Shown: positions 1-10,284, counted from the first letter of the stretch. The stretch is DNA of 64,000 nt from Promethearchaeia archaeon (GCA_046483985.1 JAWOCD010000028.1:9636-73635); one strand, 5' to 3'. The notes: generated from the letters alone by a model not told the origin. Numbers and translations are program-made.

Positions 1-331
1 GAGCATACACCGCACACCTCTCTAAATTCGGAAAAATTTGATTTGCATATTTTGTTACCTCCAGTAATTTTTTAAAAGGAGTCACCATTGCATTTCCATC
101 TAAAAAGAATATGCGATTTACATTTACTCCGTATTGTCTTCTGGCAATATCTAAATCTTGCTTTACCTCGTCTATTTCCCTAACCTTAAATTTTTTCCGT
201 AAGTTAGACATACAAAAATCGCATTTAAAGGTACACCCCTCTGTTAATTGAATTAATAAAGATTGTGCTTCACTAGGGGGTCTAAAAACGGGTTTACAAT
301 AATAAATTGATTCTTGTTTATGACTACTCAT
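1..331 (-). CDS. Radical SAM protein, 5' part (runs off window start)
   Basis: Not in ORF track. Manual translation from ATG 331: MSSHKQESIYYCKPVFRPPSEAQSLLIQLTEGCTFKCDFC..., with the CxxxCxxC motif and an RPP motif as in the paralog at 42156-43073. Confidence 0.85.
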   Translation of the reverse strand, partial: MSSHKQESIYYCKPVFRPPSEAQSLLIQLTEGCTFKCDFCMSNLRKKFKVREIDEVKQDLDIARRQYGVNVNRIFFLDGNAMVTPFKKLLEVTKYANQIFPNLERCAVYA

Positions 332-388
332 ATCTTCTTCGAATTAATAAGAAATGCATTATAAATTAATTAAGATAAGACCTTAAAA

Positions 389-1042
389 TTAATCTCCTTC
401 ATAATTTTTGCTTTCTGGGTTTTTTGGACAATAAGGCAAGTGGCGTGCCAACCTTATATATTCTTTGCCGCAATGCGGACATTTTTCTTTGTCTTTGTCC
501 GAAGAACTTTTCTTTTTTTTCTTTTTTTGGGTAGCCTTTTTTCGAGTAGGAATATAATCTTCGGGGTCTACATCATCAGGAGCGAATTCACATGTTTGAA
601 TATGGTCAGCCAAGTTATCAAATAAATCACCACAGAAGGGGCATTCTAATTCACCTAAGACTTCTGACTCTAAATCCGTCTTAACTGTTTCTATTTTTTG
701 GTATTTTTCCGGATAATCTTCGTTACTTTCGCTGAATTCGTCGGTTGATAAATCTATTTCCTCCTCCTCGATTTCGGTTATGGGCACCTCGAGCTTAGTG
801 TCCTCCTCTTCCATTTTCCTCTCCGCTTTCGATTTGCTTTCATCATATACTTCTGATATCTTTTTACTGGTTTGTTCGTAAAGCGAACACACTTGACAGA
901 CATATGCTTTTGTCCCTAAAACCAGCTCTCTTTCCGTACAATGGCATAAGGGCTGTGAACTTACTGAAACTTCTCCCATCGGTTCCAAGTGCTTACAAGC
1001 ATTCTTACGTGTGTATTTTTTCTTTTTCTTCCTTCTAGGCAT
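389..1042 (-). CDS. Zinc-finger protein with two C2HC (CxxC-x9-H-x3-C) fingers and an N-terminal Cys cluster
   Basis: CPFC..HIQTC and CPHC..HLPYC, with acidic and Lys-rich linkers. ATG 1042 preferred over TTG 1090. Confidence 0.75.
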   Translation of the reverse strand: MPRRKKKKKYTRKNACKHLEPMGEVSVSSQPLCHCTERELVLGTKAYVCQVCSLYEQTSKKISEVYDESKSKAERKMEEEDTKLEVPITEIEEEEIDLSTDEFSESNEDYPEKYQKIETVKTDLESEVLGELECPFCGDLFDNLADHIQTCEFAPDDVDPEDYIPTRKKATQKKKKKKSSSDKDKEKCPHCGKEYIRLARHLPYCPKNPESKNYEGD

Positions 1043-1175
1043 ATGGTTTTTGTAGTTTTTCCTAAAATTTATTTTTTTTGCTTTTTTCAAAAACTATTTG
1101 AGTTATTTTCCAAAAATCCTCTTGACTCAACCAAGATTTAGAGAATGTTATTATAAAATATTAAGAAGCAAGAAT

Positions 1176-2789
1176 TTAGAAATTATATCGGATAGAAGTT
1201 AGTCCCTCTTTAACCTTTTTGAGCACATTCGACTCGGAAATTGACGGTAATAAGTCTTCTACAATATCTTTAATTTCGGTAATCGTTTGAATTAATGCCT
1301 CCGAAGTGTTCCAAAAGGATTTCCGTAAAGGATGATTACGCGTAATTCCTTCATTATAATATCTTATTGCCTCAGTATAAAACAAACATGCGTTATCGAT
1401 TAAATTAAGATTAAGGTGACATACTCGACCCATTTTATGAAAACAGCGCCCAGCTCCGGCATAGTCATTAACTTTGAGATAGTTTACAGCCCCTTTTTGA
1501 AAATCTTCTAAGACCTTTTTTTTTTCCTCTTTTGTTTCTGATTGTTTTAATTTGAGATAACCCTGTAAGTAATGCGCGTCCCCTCGATAAAAAAAGTTTT
1601 CTTGGTCGCTTGAGATAGTGTGCAATTTCTCTATAAATTCATTTGCTAATACAAAATGGTTTGTAGAAATTAGTTGTTCGGCTATACTACTCAAAGATTC
1701 AAGCATTCTGTTATAATCTCCGAGATTCTGCAAAATTTTAAGTGCCCTCCGATATTTTGTAACTCCAGACACTGTATCTTTTTCCTTGAATGCTTGATTT
1801 CCTTGATAAATTAATTGTTCGGCTTCTTCTCTTGATTTTTTCTCTTTACTGCTACTAGTTTCTTTATCGGCAGTCATAAGGGTATTGCTCATATTAAAAG
1901 AAACCTCCTCCTCAGTAGGTATGTCCACAAGGTTCTCTTCGGTGGCGGGTTGTTCCTTTTGGTATCCTTGCGGGGGTGGGGAGTGAGGGGTATTCTGCAC
2001 ATTATTTTTTACCTCTTGGTCTTCTTCTGTTTCTTCCCCATATGCGGATTGTAGAGGCTTCTGTGCAGTTGCTAAAGCCGATAATTCATTCAAGACATTA
2101 GCAAAAAAGAACTTATTAAGACCGTCAATGATATAGTCAATTTTGTGATAATTATTTTCAAAATCAGGATTATCTGGGTCCATTTCTGTATCATTCAACC
2201 TATAGATTTCGAATCCCGTGTCGTACTTCGTAAGGACATTTCCTCCAATCTCCTCTTTTTTCTTTTTCCCAAGCAGTGTGTGATCATACACTAACCCGCA
2301 GAAATCTTTATTCCGTGATTGGAATCCTAATTGATTAATAATGTCAATATATGAAAAGAACAGACCCAGTCCAGGATGAGAATGAAACCATCCAACTATA
2401 TAATTATTGGTATCCTCTTGGTCAAGTTTTCTTTGAATTTCGTCAATAAATACGTAGTGTCGTTGATCTAATTGGACATCCGTGGCGTGACCGAAGGTTA
2501 GCGCCTCCGCCCGGTTAACATAGACCGCATCATCATCAGCGTTTCCGATTAAAAGTCCATAGACTTCCTTCCACTCTTCTTGTGGTATTGATTTATTTGC
2601 ATATCTACTGACATAAAGGATTATGGTCTTATAGGCTTCAGCTTTGAGGAGTACGGGTTTCATGTTAAGTTTACTTTCTACCGTCTCTTCTTTATTTTCT
2701 GATTTGATAGGTTTCTCTTGCCTTTGCTTTTGAATCGATTCCTTGCTTTTCTTGGGATCTTTATTGTTTTCCTTGTTCTTCTCGGTCAT
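1176..2789 (-). CDS. MPN+/JAMM metalloprotease (Rpn11-like) fused to C-terminal TPR-like helical repeats
   Basis: EVYGLLIG plus GWFHSHPGLGLFFSYID = E...HxH-x7-S-x2-D. TPR-like helices in the C-terminal ~200 aa. Confidence 0.85.
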   Translation of the reverse strand: MTEKNKENNKDPKKSKESIQKQRQEKPIKSENKEETVESKLNMKPVLLKAEAYKTIILYVSRYANKSIPQEEWKEVYGLLIGNADDDAVYVNRAEALTFGHATDVQLDQRHYVFIDEIQRKLDQEDTNNYIVGWFHSHPGLGLFFSYIDIINQLGFQSRNKDFCGLVYDHTLLGKKKKEEIGGNVLTKYDTGFEIYRLNDTEMDPDNPDFENNYHKIDYIIDGLNKFFFANVLNELSALATAQKPLQSAYGEETEEDQEVKNNVQNTPHSPPPQGYQKEQPATEENLVDIPTEEEVSFNMSNTLMTADKETSSSKEKKSREEAEQLIYQGNQAFKEKDTVSGVTKYRRALKILQNLGDYNRMLESLSSIAEQLISTNHFVLANEFIEKLHTISSDQENFFYRGDAHYLQGYLKLKQSETKEEKKKVLEDFQKGAVNYLKVNDYAGAGRCFHKMGRVCHLNLNLIDNACLFYTEAIRYYNEGITRNHPLRKSFWNTSEALIQTITEIKDIVEDLLPSISESNVLKKVKEGLTSIRYNF

Positions 2790-2923
2790 GGTATTCTAAT
2801 AACTCCTTATATTTAGCACGAGTGAATTATTACAATTCTCTAAATTACTAGTAAATTATTAATTTAATAACTTTTATTAAAAATTTAACAAGGATTAGTA
2901 AAAAACGGTTTCAGAAAATTATT

Positions 2924-4972
2924 ATGTCCTCTTTGGATTTAAGTCAAGGCATTTATCCTATTATCGTAAAACCCAATTTAGGATATCCGGAGATAATAAA
3001 TCTAAAGGACTATGTCGACCAGAATGACAATCTCCAAGAGGAGGTTCGCTTCACTGCGTATATAATTACAATCCCAAAGCAATCTGTTCAAGAGATCTTG
3101 GAATATTTCTATTCAAATATATACTATCAACCGATATTGAGCGAGACCGGGCCTTTTGCTGAAAGGAGAGGGGAGCGTTATCCGTTACACGTCAAAAAAA
3201 TTAGTAAAATCAAAAAGCTTGATTTTCGCGACCAACCGGTTTTATCGAAAGAGAATTGTATCATTTGGGATATGTATAATAAAATGCTCCAAATTGACGA
3301 TGTTTTTGGAGACCGGACAAAATTATACAAAGTATCTATTAAAGTTAAGAAAATTAAACATATCCAGCAATTATTTAAACAAACGAATCAAGACCTTCTA
3401 TTATGTGATATTATTCATGATATTCCGAACCGGATTGACGCTAAGATCAATTTTCATAGTTTGGCCATTTTTAATAAAGATATGAAGGATTTCCATTTCA
3501 TTCACGCCTCTGACTTTCACGTCGCACGCAGGAATGATTTTATAGGTCAGTTCCTCAAGGAAAAAGTGCGGCATAAACTTCAAAGGTATAAACATGATAA
3601 AAAAAAACTTGCGAAGATAGATAAGACCATTCTAAATAGAGATTTTGAGTACAAGGAAGGGATTCAGAAAGAGCGATTTGAGGAATTACGGTTTGCAAAG
3701 TATAATTTCAATTATAATTTAAGAAAGTTAATCGCCTTCATAAACGATCGAGTAAAACAAAATAAGTTAGATTTTGTCCTCTGTGGCGGAGATTTAATTG
3801 ATTATCTCGATATTGCCCGCGGAAACTATCAATATGAGAACAATGTTCACGTCCTTCTCGATATTATATTGGGCAGAAATCGGGGGTTAGACAAGTATCC
3901 TTACTTTCAAGATAAAGAATTTATAAATAGAAAAGAACTCCTTGCTCCGATTTTTACAATGGTGGGCAATCACGATTACAGAAAGGGGCATTACAGCATT
4001 ACATTAGGGCATGCCCGCAAGATTTATGGATTTACAAAAAATGACATTAAAGGATACCATGATTTTAAATTTTTTAATTATTTCACCGCTCTAAGATCCC
4101 GAGATAAAAATTTACGAGATTATTTTCGGTATTTTAATCCTAATCTGAACTATAAAATTCAGATAGGAGAATCTTATCATTTCATATTCATTGATACGGG
4201 CGAAGACTCCGTGGCTGATCTGCATGATTTCTTAAAAGCCTCACCAAGCACCAAGGGGTTAAAAGATTATCAAATAGACCTGCTCAGATCCTTTGTAAAA
4301 CTCTCAAAGGACGGAAAAGTTGTGGTGGTCACTCATACGCCACCCGTTTCTCCCAGTTTGGGCAGGATTAAACGGTGGAGATTTAAAAGAAAATTCAATT
4401 TAAAACGAAAACTGAAATGGGCAGATTTTTATGAACGTAATCTTGAGAAATATGTGGGAGATCCAAGTTTAGAGAAGCTTCTTAATTTAAAATATCAGAC
4501 CGTTATGTATAATTGGGAGGATCTATTAAAAATCTTTATAGGGGCTGACAAAGAAATCCGTAGGAAAGTTGATTTGATTTTCTGCGGACATACTCACACC
4601 TTAAAAGAATTCAGATTAAAAGAGACCCAAGAAACAGAACGTATTAATATGGGATTTTATATTGCACCCATTTATCTTGAAATTCCTTGCCATATCTATA
4701 CAAGCAAATATCGCAAAAAGTTTGAACAGTTCGAAGATAAAGAGAAATTAGATATCTGGTTTGATGTTAATAAGCCCTTCATCTTTCAAACCCAAGCCGT
4801 CGGACCAATCTCTTTAAATTATAAATTTAAACCTCCCGGATTCCGTTTATTAAAGGTAGAAGATTATCACCTTACTGAAAATCGGGTTTTTTCGCTTCAT
4901 TTAAAAGATTCGCTTTCAGAGACGGACAAAAAAGCATTGCAAGAGTTCGGATTAAACATTAAAAACCTCTGA
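2924..4972 (+). CDS. Calcineurin-like metallophosphoesterase with long N-terminal extension
   Basis: Motifs DFH, GGDLID, GNHD, TH and GHTH. Confidence 0.85.
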   Translation: MSSLDLSQGIYPIIVKPNLGYPEIINLKDYVDQNDNLQEEVRFTAYIITIPKQSVQEILEYFYSNIYYQPILSETGPFAERRGERYPLHVKKISKIKKLDFRDQPVLSKENCIIWDMYNKMLQIDDVFGDRTKLYKVSIKVKKIKHIQQLFKQTNQDLLLCDIIHDIPNRIDAKINFHSLAIFNKDMKDFHFIHASDFHVARRNDFIGQFLKEKVRHKLQRYKHDKKKLAKIDKTILNRDFEYKEGIQKERFEELRFAKYNFNYNLRKLIAFINDRVKQNKLDFVLCGGDLIDYLDIARGNYQYENNVHVLLDIILGRNRGLDKYPYFQDKEFINRKELLAPIFTMVGNHDYRKGHYSITLGHARKIYGFTKNDIKGYHDFKFFNYFTALRSRDKNLRDYFRYFNPNLNYKIQIGESYHFIFIDTGEDSVADLHDFLKASPSTKGLKDYQIDLLRSFVKLSKDGKVVVVTHTPPVSPSLGRIKRWRFKRKFNLKRKLKWADFYERNLEKYVGDPSLEKLLNLKYQTVMYNWEDLLKIFIGADKEIRRKVDLIFCGHTHTLKEFRLKETQETERINMGFYIAPIYLEIPCHIYTSKYRKKFEQFEDKEKLDIWFDVNKPFIFQTQAVGPISLNYKFKPPGFRLLKVEDYHLTENRVFSLHLKDSLSETDKKALQEFGLNIKNL

Positions 4973-4987
4973 CCATGTTCAAAACGT

Positions 4988-5947
4988 TCAATTTTCATTC
5001 ATGAGAGCAATAACTGCTTGGTATTCCGTATTGGGCATGGGGCCAAAGACTTGAACTTTTAATGCGCCAACCGCATTGGCAAACCTTGCAATTTTCTCTA
5101 TTTTCCAATCTAAAAGGTAACCCACCATAAAAGCTCCGCCAAATGAATCGCCAGCACCAGTAGGATCTATTTCCTCTACCTTATACCCCGGAATATGAAT
5201 TCCATCAGCTTTATCATCAGAAAATACCGTGCATCCCCGTTCCCCTTGTTTTAAAACAACCAATTTTGGATGCATTTTTAATAATTCTTGGCAAGCTTTT
5301 ACCTCCCCTGTATTCCCTGCCAGCATCTCAGCCTCTTCTCCGCTCGGCAGTAATATATCCGCCACCTCAAGGACGGGCTTACAAATTTTCAAAATTGTCT
5401 CTAAATCAAGCATTCCCGGTCTAAGATTAGGATCAAATGAGATCACGACTTCGGGATTTTGTTCTCGTGCAATCTTTATTGCGTTATAACATGCTTCCTT
5501 GGATGAATCACTGATGGAAAGAGCGCTCCCCATGATATGGAGATTTTTAACATCCTTAAAATATGAGGGATTAATATCATCTTGAGAAGTTTCTCCAGCA
5601 GCGCCCGCCGCAAAAATAAATTTTCTGCTTCCATCTGAATTGTATTGATTAAAAGCAATTCCTGTATGTAAATCTTCCTCCCTTCGTATTTGTGATGTAT
5701 CGACTCCGTCTTTTTCCAATTTGTGAATGATGGTCTCCCCGAATTCGTCATTTCCAATAACTCCAATATAGCCAGTAGAGATATCAAATTGTCTTCCCAT
5801 TCGAGCAGCAGAATCAATGAAAATTGCTGGAGCTCCGCTGGGGTATGGGCCTCTATAGACTTCACCAATCCGATTGTGAGGGGTATCAACCTCAGGACGC
5901 ATTATCTCAACTAAAAGTTCGCCTAAACAGATCATTTCTGGCGGCAT
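4988..5947 (-). CDS. PfkB-family sugar kinase
   Basis: GELLVE, SFDPNLR and DPTGAGDSFGG signature. ATG 5947 is the likely start. Confidence 0.92.
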   Translation of the reverse strand: MPPEMICLGELLVEIMRPEVDTPHNRIGEVYRGPYPSGAPAIFIDSAARMGRQFDISTGYIGVIGNDEFGETIIHKLEKDGVDTSQIRREEDLHTGIAFNQYNSDGSRKFIFAAGAAGETSQDDINPSYFKDVKNLHIMGSALSISDSSKEACYNAIKIAREQNPEVVISFDPNLRPGMLDLETILKICKPVLEVADILLPSGEEAEMLAGNTGEVKACQELLKMHPKLVVLKQGERGCTVFSDDKADGIHIPGYKVEEIDPTGAGDSFGGAFMVGYLLDWKIEKIARFANAVGALKVQVFGPMPNTEYQAVIALMNEN

Positions 5948-6372
5948 AATTTTTTTATATCTTTTTTGAATTAAAATTTTTCCGTTAGTCACTTTCATCT
6001 TTTAAGAGCGCTTCGACCATATTATGAGTCTCCAAGCTATCTTTCTTAAAACAAATTTCCTCGATGGGTTGATAAGTATCTATATGAGATTCCATTGTAA
6101 TTGTATTGTTGGAGTAATTTTCAAAACTTTGCCCGTCATTAATTGCTCCTGCCATAGGTCGAAGGTTGATCTTAATCTTTTTAGCAATCCTAAATATCTT
6201 AGCTAAGAAGGAGTCGCTTGGATGTATTTTGGAGAAACTCCAGTAAAGAATTGACTCGTTTAACGCAGCCTTAAAAGGTGACGTATTATGGGGTTGGCGG
6301 AAAATGAAAATCTATTATAAAAATAAAACATTTAAATAAATAATTATATATGAGCATTTGGTGATTTTCAAG

Positions 6373-6849
6373 ATGAGAAATAAAAGAAAGCAAATTTCTG
6401 AGTATGAATATATAGACTCCTTTTTTCAGAAGGATGCGCTATTGGTTTCAATGGACAAGGAGCAAAACCCGAATGTGATGACCTTAGCATGGAAAACAAT
6501 TGGAGAATTATGGCATCAACCCATTATTTCCATAGCCGTTGCCCCCAGCCGATATACATTTGAATTATTAACGGAAGGGATACGGGAATTTACTCTCAAT
6601 ATTCCCTCTGAGAAGATTTCTCATGCAATAAGCATTGCTGGTACGTCATCAGGAAGAAATACAGATAAGTTCAAAGAAGCAAATCTAAAGACAATCCCTG
6701 GAAAAAATACAACAGTGCCGACTATTGAAGAGAGTTTATTAAGTTATGAATGTAAAATAGTTCATTCGTGCGAGTCGGGTAACATGGCAAGTCATCATGT
6801 ATTTTATGGGCAGATCCTTACCGTATTCGCCTCAGAGGATCTTAACTAA
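6373..6849 (+). CDS. Flavin reductase family protein
   Basis: NVMTLAW, SRYT, G-T-x-SGR-x-x-DKF and ECK..H motifs. GGTGA RBS before ATG 6373. Confidence 0.88.
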   Translation: MRNKRKQISEYEYIDSFFQKDALLVSMDKEQNPNVMTLAWKTIGELWHQPIISIAVAPSRYTFELLTEGIREFTLNIPSEKISHAISIAGTSSGRNTDKFKEANLKTIPGKNTTVPTIEESLLSYECKIVHSCESGNMASHHVFYGQILTVFASEDLN

Positions 6850-6878
6850 TTACCACTCAATATTTATTTTGGCTTTTT

Positions 6879-7316
6879 TTAGACCTTTTTATTTTTGATG
6901 TTTTGACAATGACACGTAGATGAATTTAAAACCCTTTTTCCGCAAGGACATGCTGTGGGATGGTTATATTTCTCGCAGATCTTATTAATTAAATTACATG
7001 AAAAGAGCAAGTTTAGCTTTTCGCTTTCTCGGTGTGCTTCCTCCGCATTTAATTCCAATTCATTATAAAGAAGAATTTCAATCAATTGTCGGTGTCTGAT
7101 TAATTCCTTGGCAAATTCCTCCCCTTTCTTGGTAAGTTCTACATTGTGATATGCTTCATAATTAACATAATTTTTCTTCTCTAACCGCTTAATGCAACTT
7201 CCGACGGTAGAATGGACTAAATTTAAATCTCTAGCTAAGTCACCCACTTTTAAAGGGGATTTTCGCTCATGAAGGGTGGATAATACCTTATAATCCAAAT
7301 TTACTGATATATTCAT
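6879..7316 (-). CDS. DtxR/MntR-family metal-dependent regulator
   Basis: N-terminal wHTH, RHRQLIE metal helix, and HPTACPCG (cf. PxxCPHG). Confidence 0.9.
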   Translation of the reverse strand: MNISVNLDYKVLSTLHERKSPLKVGDLARDLNLVHSTVGSCIKRLEKKNYVNYEAYHNVELTKKGEEFAKELIRHRQLIEILLYNELELNAEEAHRESEKLNLLFSCNLINKICEKYNHPTACPCGKRVLNSSTCHCQNIKNKKV

Positions 7317-7338
7317 ATTTTTAATTGAAATTTTCTAA

Positions 7339-8070
7339 TTAAACTTCAATTTCTTCGGGTAAATTAAATATTTCCCTTATTTTCTCATGAACCTCTTCAC
7401 TTTCTGGTTTTCCGTCATAGATAATTGATCTATTGAGTAATAAAAGCCTCGAACAGTAGGGCAATAAAAGATCTATATGATGGTGGATGACCAGTAGGGT
7501 AATATTATATTTTTGATTGAGTTCTTCCATTAATTCCATCAAATTCCGGGTCATCATGAAATCCAAGGAACTTGTGGGCTCATCTAAAAGGATAACTTTC
7601 GGATCTGAGACTAATGCACGAGCAACCATGACTTTTTGTAATTCCCCTCCGGATAGATGGCCGATAGGTCTATTTTTATAATCACCCATGTGCACCTTGT
7701 GAAGAGCTTTTTCTGCTTTCCGATGATCTTTTTCTTTTAAAGGTTTTAAAAAACCAATCTTCCCATAAAGTCCCATTTCCACCACTTTCTGCACAGAAGC
7801 AGGGAAATGTCTTTCGACAATGGGATTTTGAGGCACATATCCAATATTTTTCCTGCTATTTTTAATGTCCTTTGACCCAAATAACTCGATATTTCCTTCG
7901 TCCGGCTCAATTAATCCCAATATTGTCTTTAATAATGTAGTCTTGCCAGATCCATTCGGTCCAAATATTCCGATATATTCTCCTTGATACACTTCCAGAT
8001 TTACATCCATTAAGGCAAAAATATCTTGATAGCTTACTGAAACATTCTCTAGTTTAATAATTGGCTCCAT
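7339..8070 (-). CDS. Mn/Zn ABC transporter ATPase (ZnuC-like)
   Basis: GPNGSGKT, LSGGE and LLDEP, plus GYVPQ. Confidence 0.93.
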   Translation of the reverse strand: MEPIIKLENVSVSYQDIFALMDVNLEVYQGEYIGIFGPNGSGKTTLLKTILGLIEPDEGNIELFGSKDIKNSRKNIGYVPQNPIVERHFPASVQKVVEMGLYGKIGFLKPLKEKDHRKAEKALHKVHMGDYKNRPIGHLSGGELQKVMVARALVSDPKVILLDEPTSSLDFMMTRNLMELMEELNQKYNITLLVIHHHIDLLLPYCSRLLLLNRSIIYDGKPESEEVHEKIREIFNLPEEIEV

Positions 8071-8140
8071 ATGTCATCTTTGTTTTATTCTTATTAGTTT
8101 ATATAAGTTTTTATTGAAAGATAAGAATTTGAAATTGGTT

Positions 8141-9181
8141 TTATCTTCTTCGCAAATAAAGGAATACTCCAATAATTCCCGCAACCACCAATCCGAGAAC
8201 TATATATATTGGCCAAAGCAAGTCGGGGGGGTTGGAGGGATTTTGAAACGCCCATAAATCATAGTCGATCATTTTTTGATAAGTATCAATTATTTTAGTC
8301 TCTCCATCCCATTCCACTTCCACGTTTAAGAGAGGGGTCAATAAGGCAATCTTAAGATCACTTTCCCGCGCGACTTCATACACATTTTCTGATTGATGCT
8401 GTGGATTTGCGACCACAAGATCTGCATTTTTTTCCTTTGCTTGCTTCATAATTTCTGTAATATCCTCCGCTGAGGGCTCTTTTCCTTCCCCCTTTTCTAT
8501 TGCTGCAATTCGATCAATCTCTAGCAACTCGAAGAGATAAAAAAATGCGGGATGGTTAACAATGACTTTAGTTCCTTTTATTTTATTCCTCGCCTCATTA
8601 ATATCGGATATTAAGTCATTTAAATTACTAATATAATTATCCGCATTTGATCTAAACGTATTCGTGTTTTCTGGATCCTCGCTCTCCATTGTACTATTAA
8701 TTTGTCTCGTGAAATTTATAAGATTGTGAGGATCCATCCAGACATGAGGATTTTCCACGTCCAGCAGAGGATCTACTTTTAGCATATCGGCATCTACTAA
8801 TTCTATGACGGTGGCACCAGATTCCCATTCGGTTTCCCACCATGGCTCAATCTTTTCAAGGCCTAGTCTGAAGATCACGTCTGCCTCTTCTAACGCCTCC
8901 ACTTCACTTGAGCTTGGTTCGTATGAATGAGGATCCTCAGCCCCGCTCACAACCACGTCAACTTCTTCTCCAACTACATTCTCTGCGATATCTTGAAGAA
9001 TGGTATTTGCGGTAACAACCTTTTTAGATGTATCGGACGCAAAAATGTTATTGTCCTCTTTATGTAGTATTCCAGCGGGAGTAGTATTCCCGTTATTCAA
9101 GAGGATTGGGTTAAGTAGCAACACACCGATTAAAACCCCAAAAATTGTTAATTTTTCTCTACTTTTTATAATAATCACCAT
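8141..9181 (-). CDS. Mn/Zn ABC substrate-binding protein (ZnuA/TroA family) with C-terminal TM anchor
   Basis: DPHSYEP, NPHVWMDP and HPAFFY motifs. Start at or after ATG 9181, since 9229 would overlap the operator-like palindrome. Confidence 0.9.
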   Translation of the reverse strand: MVIIIKSREKLTIFGVLIGVLLLNPILLNNGNTTPAGILHKEDNNIFASDTSKKVVTANTILQDIAENVVGEEVDVVVSGAEDPHSYEPSSSEVEALEEADVIFRLGLEKIEPWWETEWESGATVIELVDADMLKVDPLLDVENPHVWMDPHNLINFTRQINSTMESEDPENTNTFRSNADNYISNLNDLISDINEARNKIKGTKVIVNHPAFFYLFELLEIDRIAAIEKGEGKEPSAEDITEIMKQAKEKNADLVVANPQHQSENVYEVARESDLKIALLTPLLNVEVEWDGETKIIDTYQKMIDYDLWAFQNPSNPPDLLWPIYIVLGLVVAGIIGVFLYLRRR

Positions 9182-9204
9182 CTTGCGTTGATATGATTCG
9201 CAAT

Positions 9205-9224
9205 ATTTACGATATATCGTAAAT
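9205..9224. promoter_or_regulatory. Perfect 20-bp palindrome, candidate MntR/DtxR operator
   Basis: ATTTACGATATATCGTAAAT is its own reverse complement and lies between the divergent SBP and permease genes. Confidence 0.7.
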
Positions 9225-9318
9225 TTCATAATATTTAAATATTTTTAGTTATACTTTAGAAAATAGTTTAAGAAGAATAAACTAAAAATTAAAAATTATA
9301 GAAATTATCTCCCTTATT

Positions 9319-10284
9319 ATGATATCACAGAGTTTCTTTCAAGCTCTTTTAGAGTATTCTTTTCTTCAAAGGGCATTATTTACTTCGATTCTAGTTGGCG
9401 TTGTCTGCGGATTAGTGGGTGTCTTTATTATCTTGAAAAAATTAGTTTTTATGGGAGCCGGGATTGCACATGCTTCATTTGCAGGTGGGGCATTGGGTGT
9501 ATTATTGAGTGTTAATCCTTTTTTAATAATTTTCTTTTTCGGTGCGGGCTCTGCGCTGAGTATTGGTTATATAAACGAGAAAGGATACGTGGAGGATAAT
9601 AATGTGGCCGTAGGGATAATTTTTTCATTAACAATGGCCTTAGCAGTTCTTTTTGTGACCCTCATCCCGAGTTATAATGTAGCAGTTAATGCACTCCTTT
9701 TTGGAAATGTGTTGGTCGTCACCACGGAAGATGCAATTTTACTTTTCATTTTTACTATTTTAATTATCTCAATAATTTATTTTATGAAAAAAGAACTATT
9801 CTTTGTCACTTTTGACGAAGAAATGGCCCGAGCAACTGGTTTACCGGTGAGATTTTTATCTTATATGTTTTTAATCTTGATTTCATTGGCGATTGTAATT
9901 TCTATTAAAGCTATTGGAGCTTTGCTTGTATTTGCAATGATCATAACGCCCGCAGCGGCAGCATATCAATGGAGTTATAAAATTGACAAGATTATCTATC
10001 TATCGGTCTCTTTTGGGGCAATTTCGGCTTTTATTGGTTTATATTTATCATATATACTAGATTTACCGTCTGGCTCAACTATCACGGTCACGGTGAGCAT
10101 TATTTTTGCAATATCGATGATTTTTTCGCCTAAAAGACGGGGTGGAAAACATCTGGGCTTTGGGCATGGCGACGTATGTAGCACTTGCCAAGAAGCAGAT
10201 GAGATGGGAATATGTAAATACTGTACCCATAAGAATAATCGAGCTGAACACACCACCGAAGAACACTCTCATTCAGATGATTAA
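9319..10284 (+). CDS. Mn/Zn ABC permease (ZnuB-like) with Cys/His-rich tail
   Basis: AHASFAG, LFGNVL and FDEEMARATG motifs. Hydrophobic profile. Confidence 0.92.
   Translation: MISQSFFQALLEYSFLQRALFTSILVGVVCGLVGVFIILKKLVFMGAGIAHASFAGGALGVLLSVNPFLIIFFFGAGSALSIGYINEKGYVEDNNVAVGIIFSLTMALAVLFVTLIPSYNVAVNALLFGNVLVVTTEDAILLFIFTILIISIIYFMKKELFFVTFDEEMARATGLPVRFLSYMFLILISLAIVISIKAIGALLVFAMIITPAAAAYQWSYKIDKIIYLSVSFGAISAFIGLYLSYILDLPSGSTITVTVSIIFAISMIFSPKRRGGKHLGFGHGDVCSTCQEADEMGICKYCTHKNNRAEHTTEEHSHSDD

Noticed and set aside
5985-6310. Open minus-strand frame (MAGAINDGQSF...) in the gap upstream of the pfkB gene
   Set aside because: No recognisable motif or clear start. It could be a remnant, but this cannot be supported.
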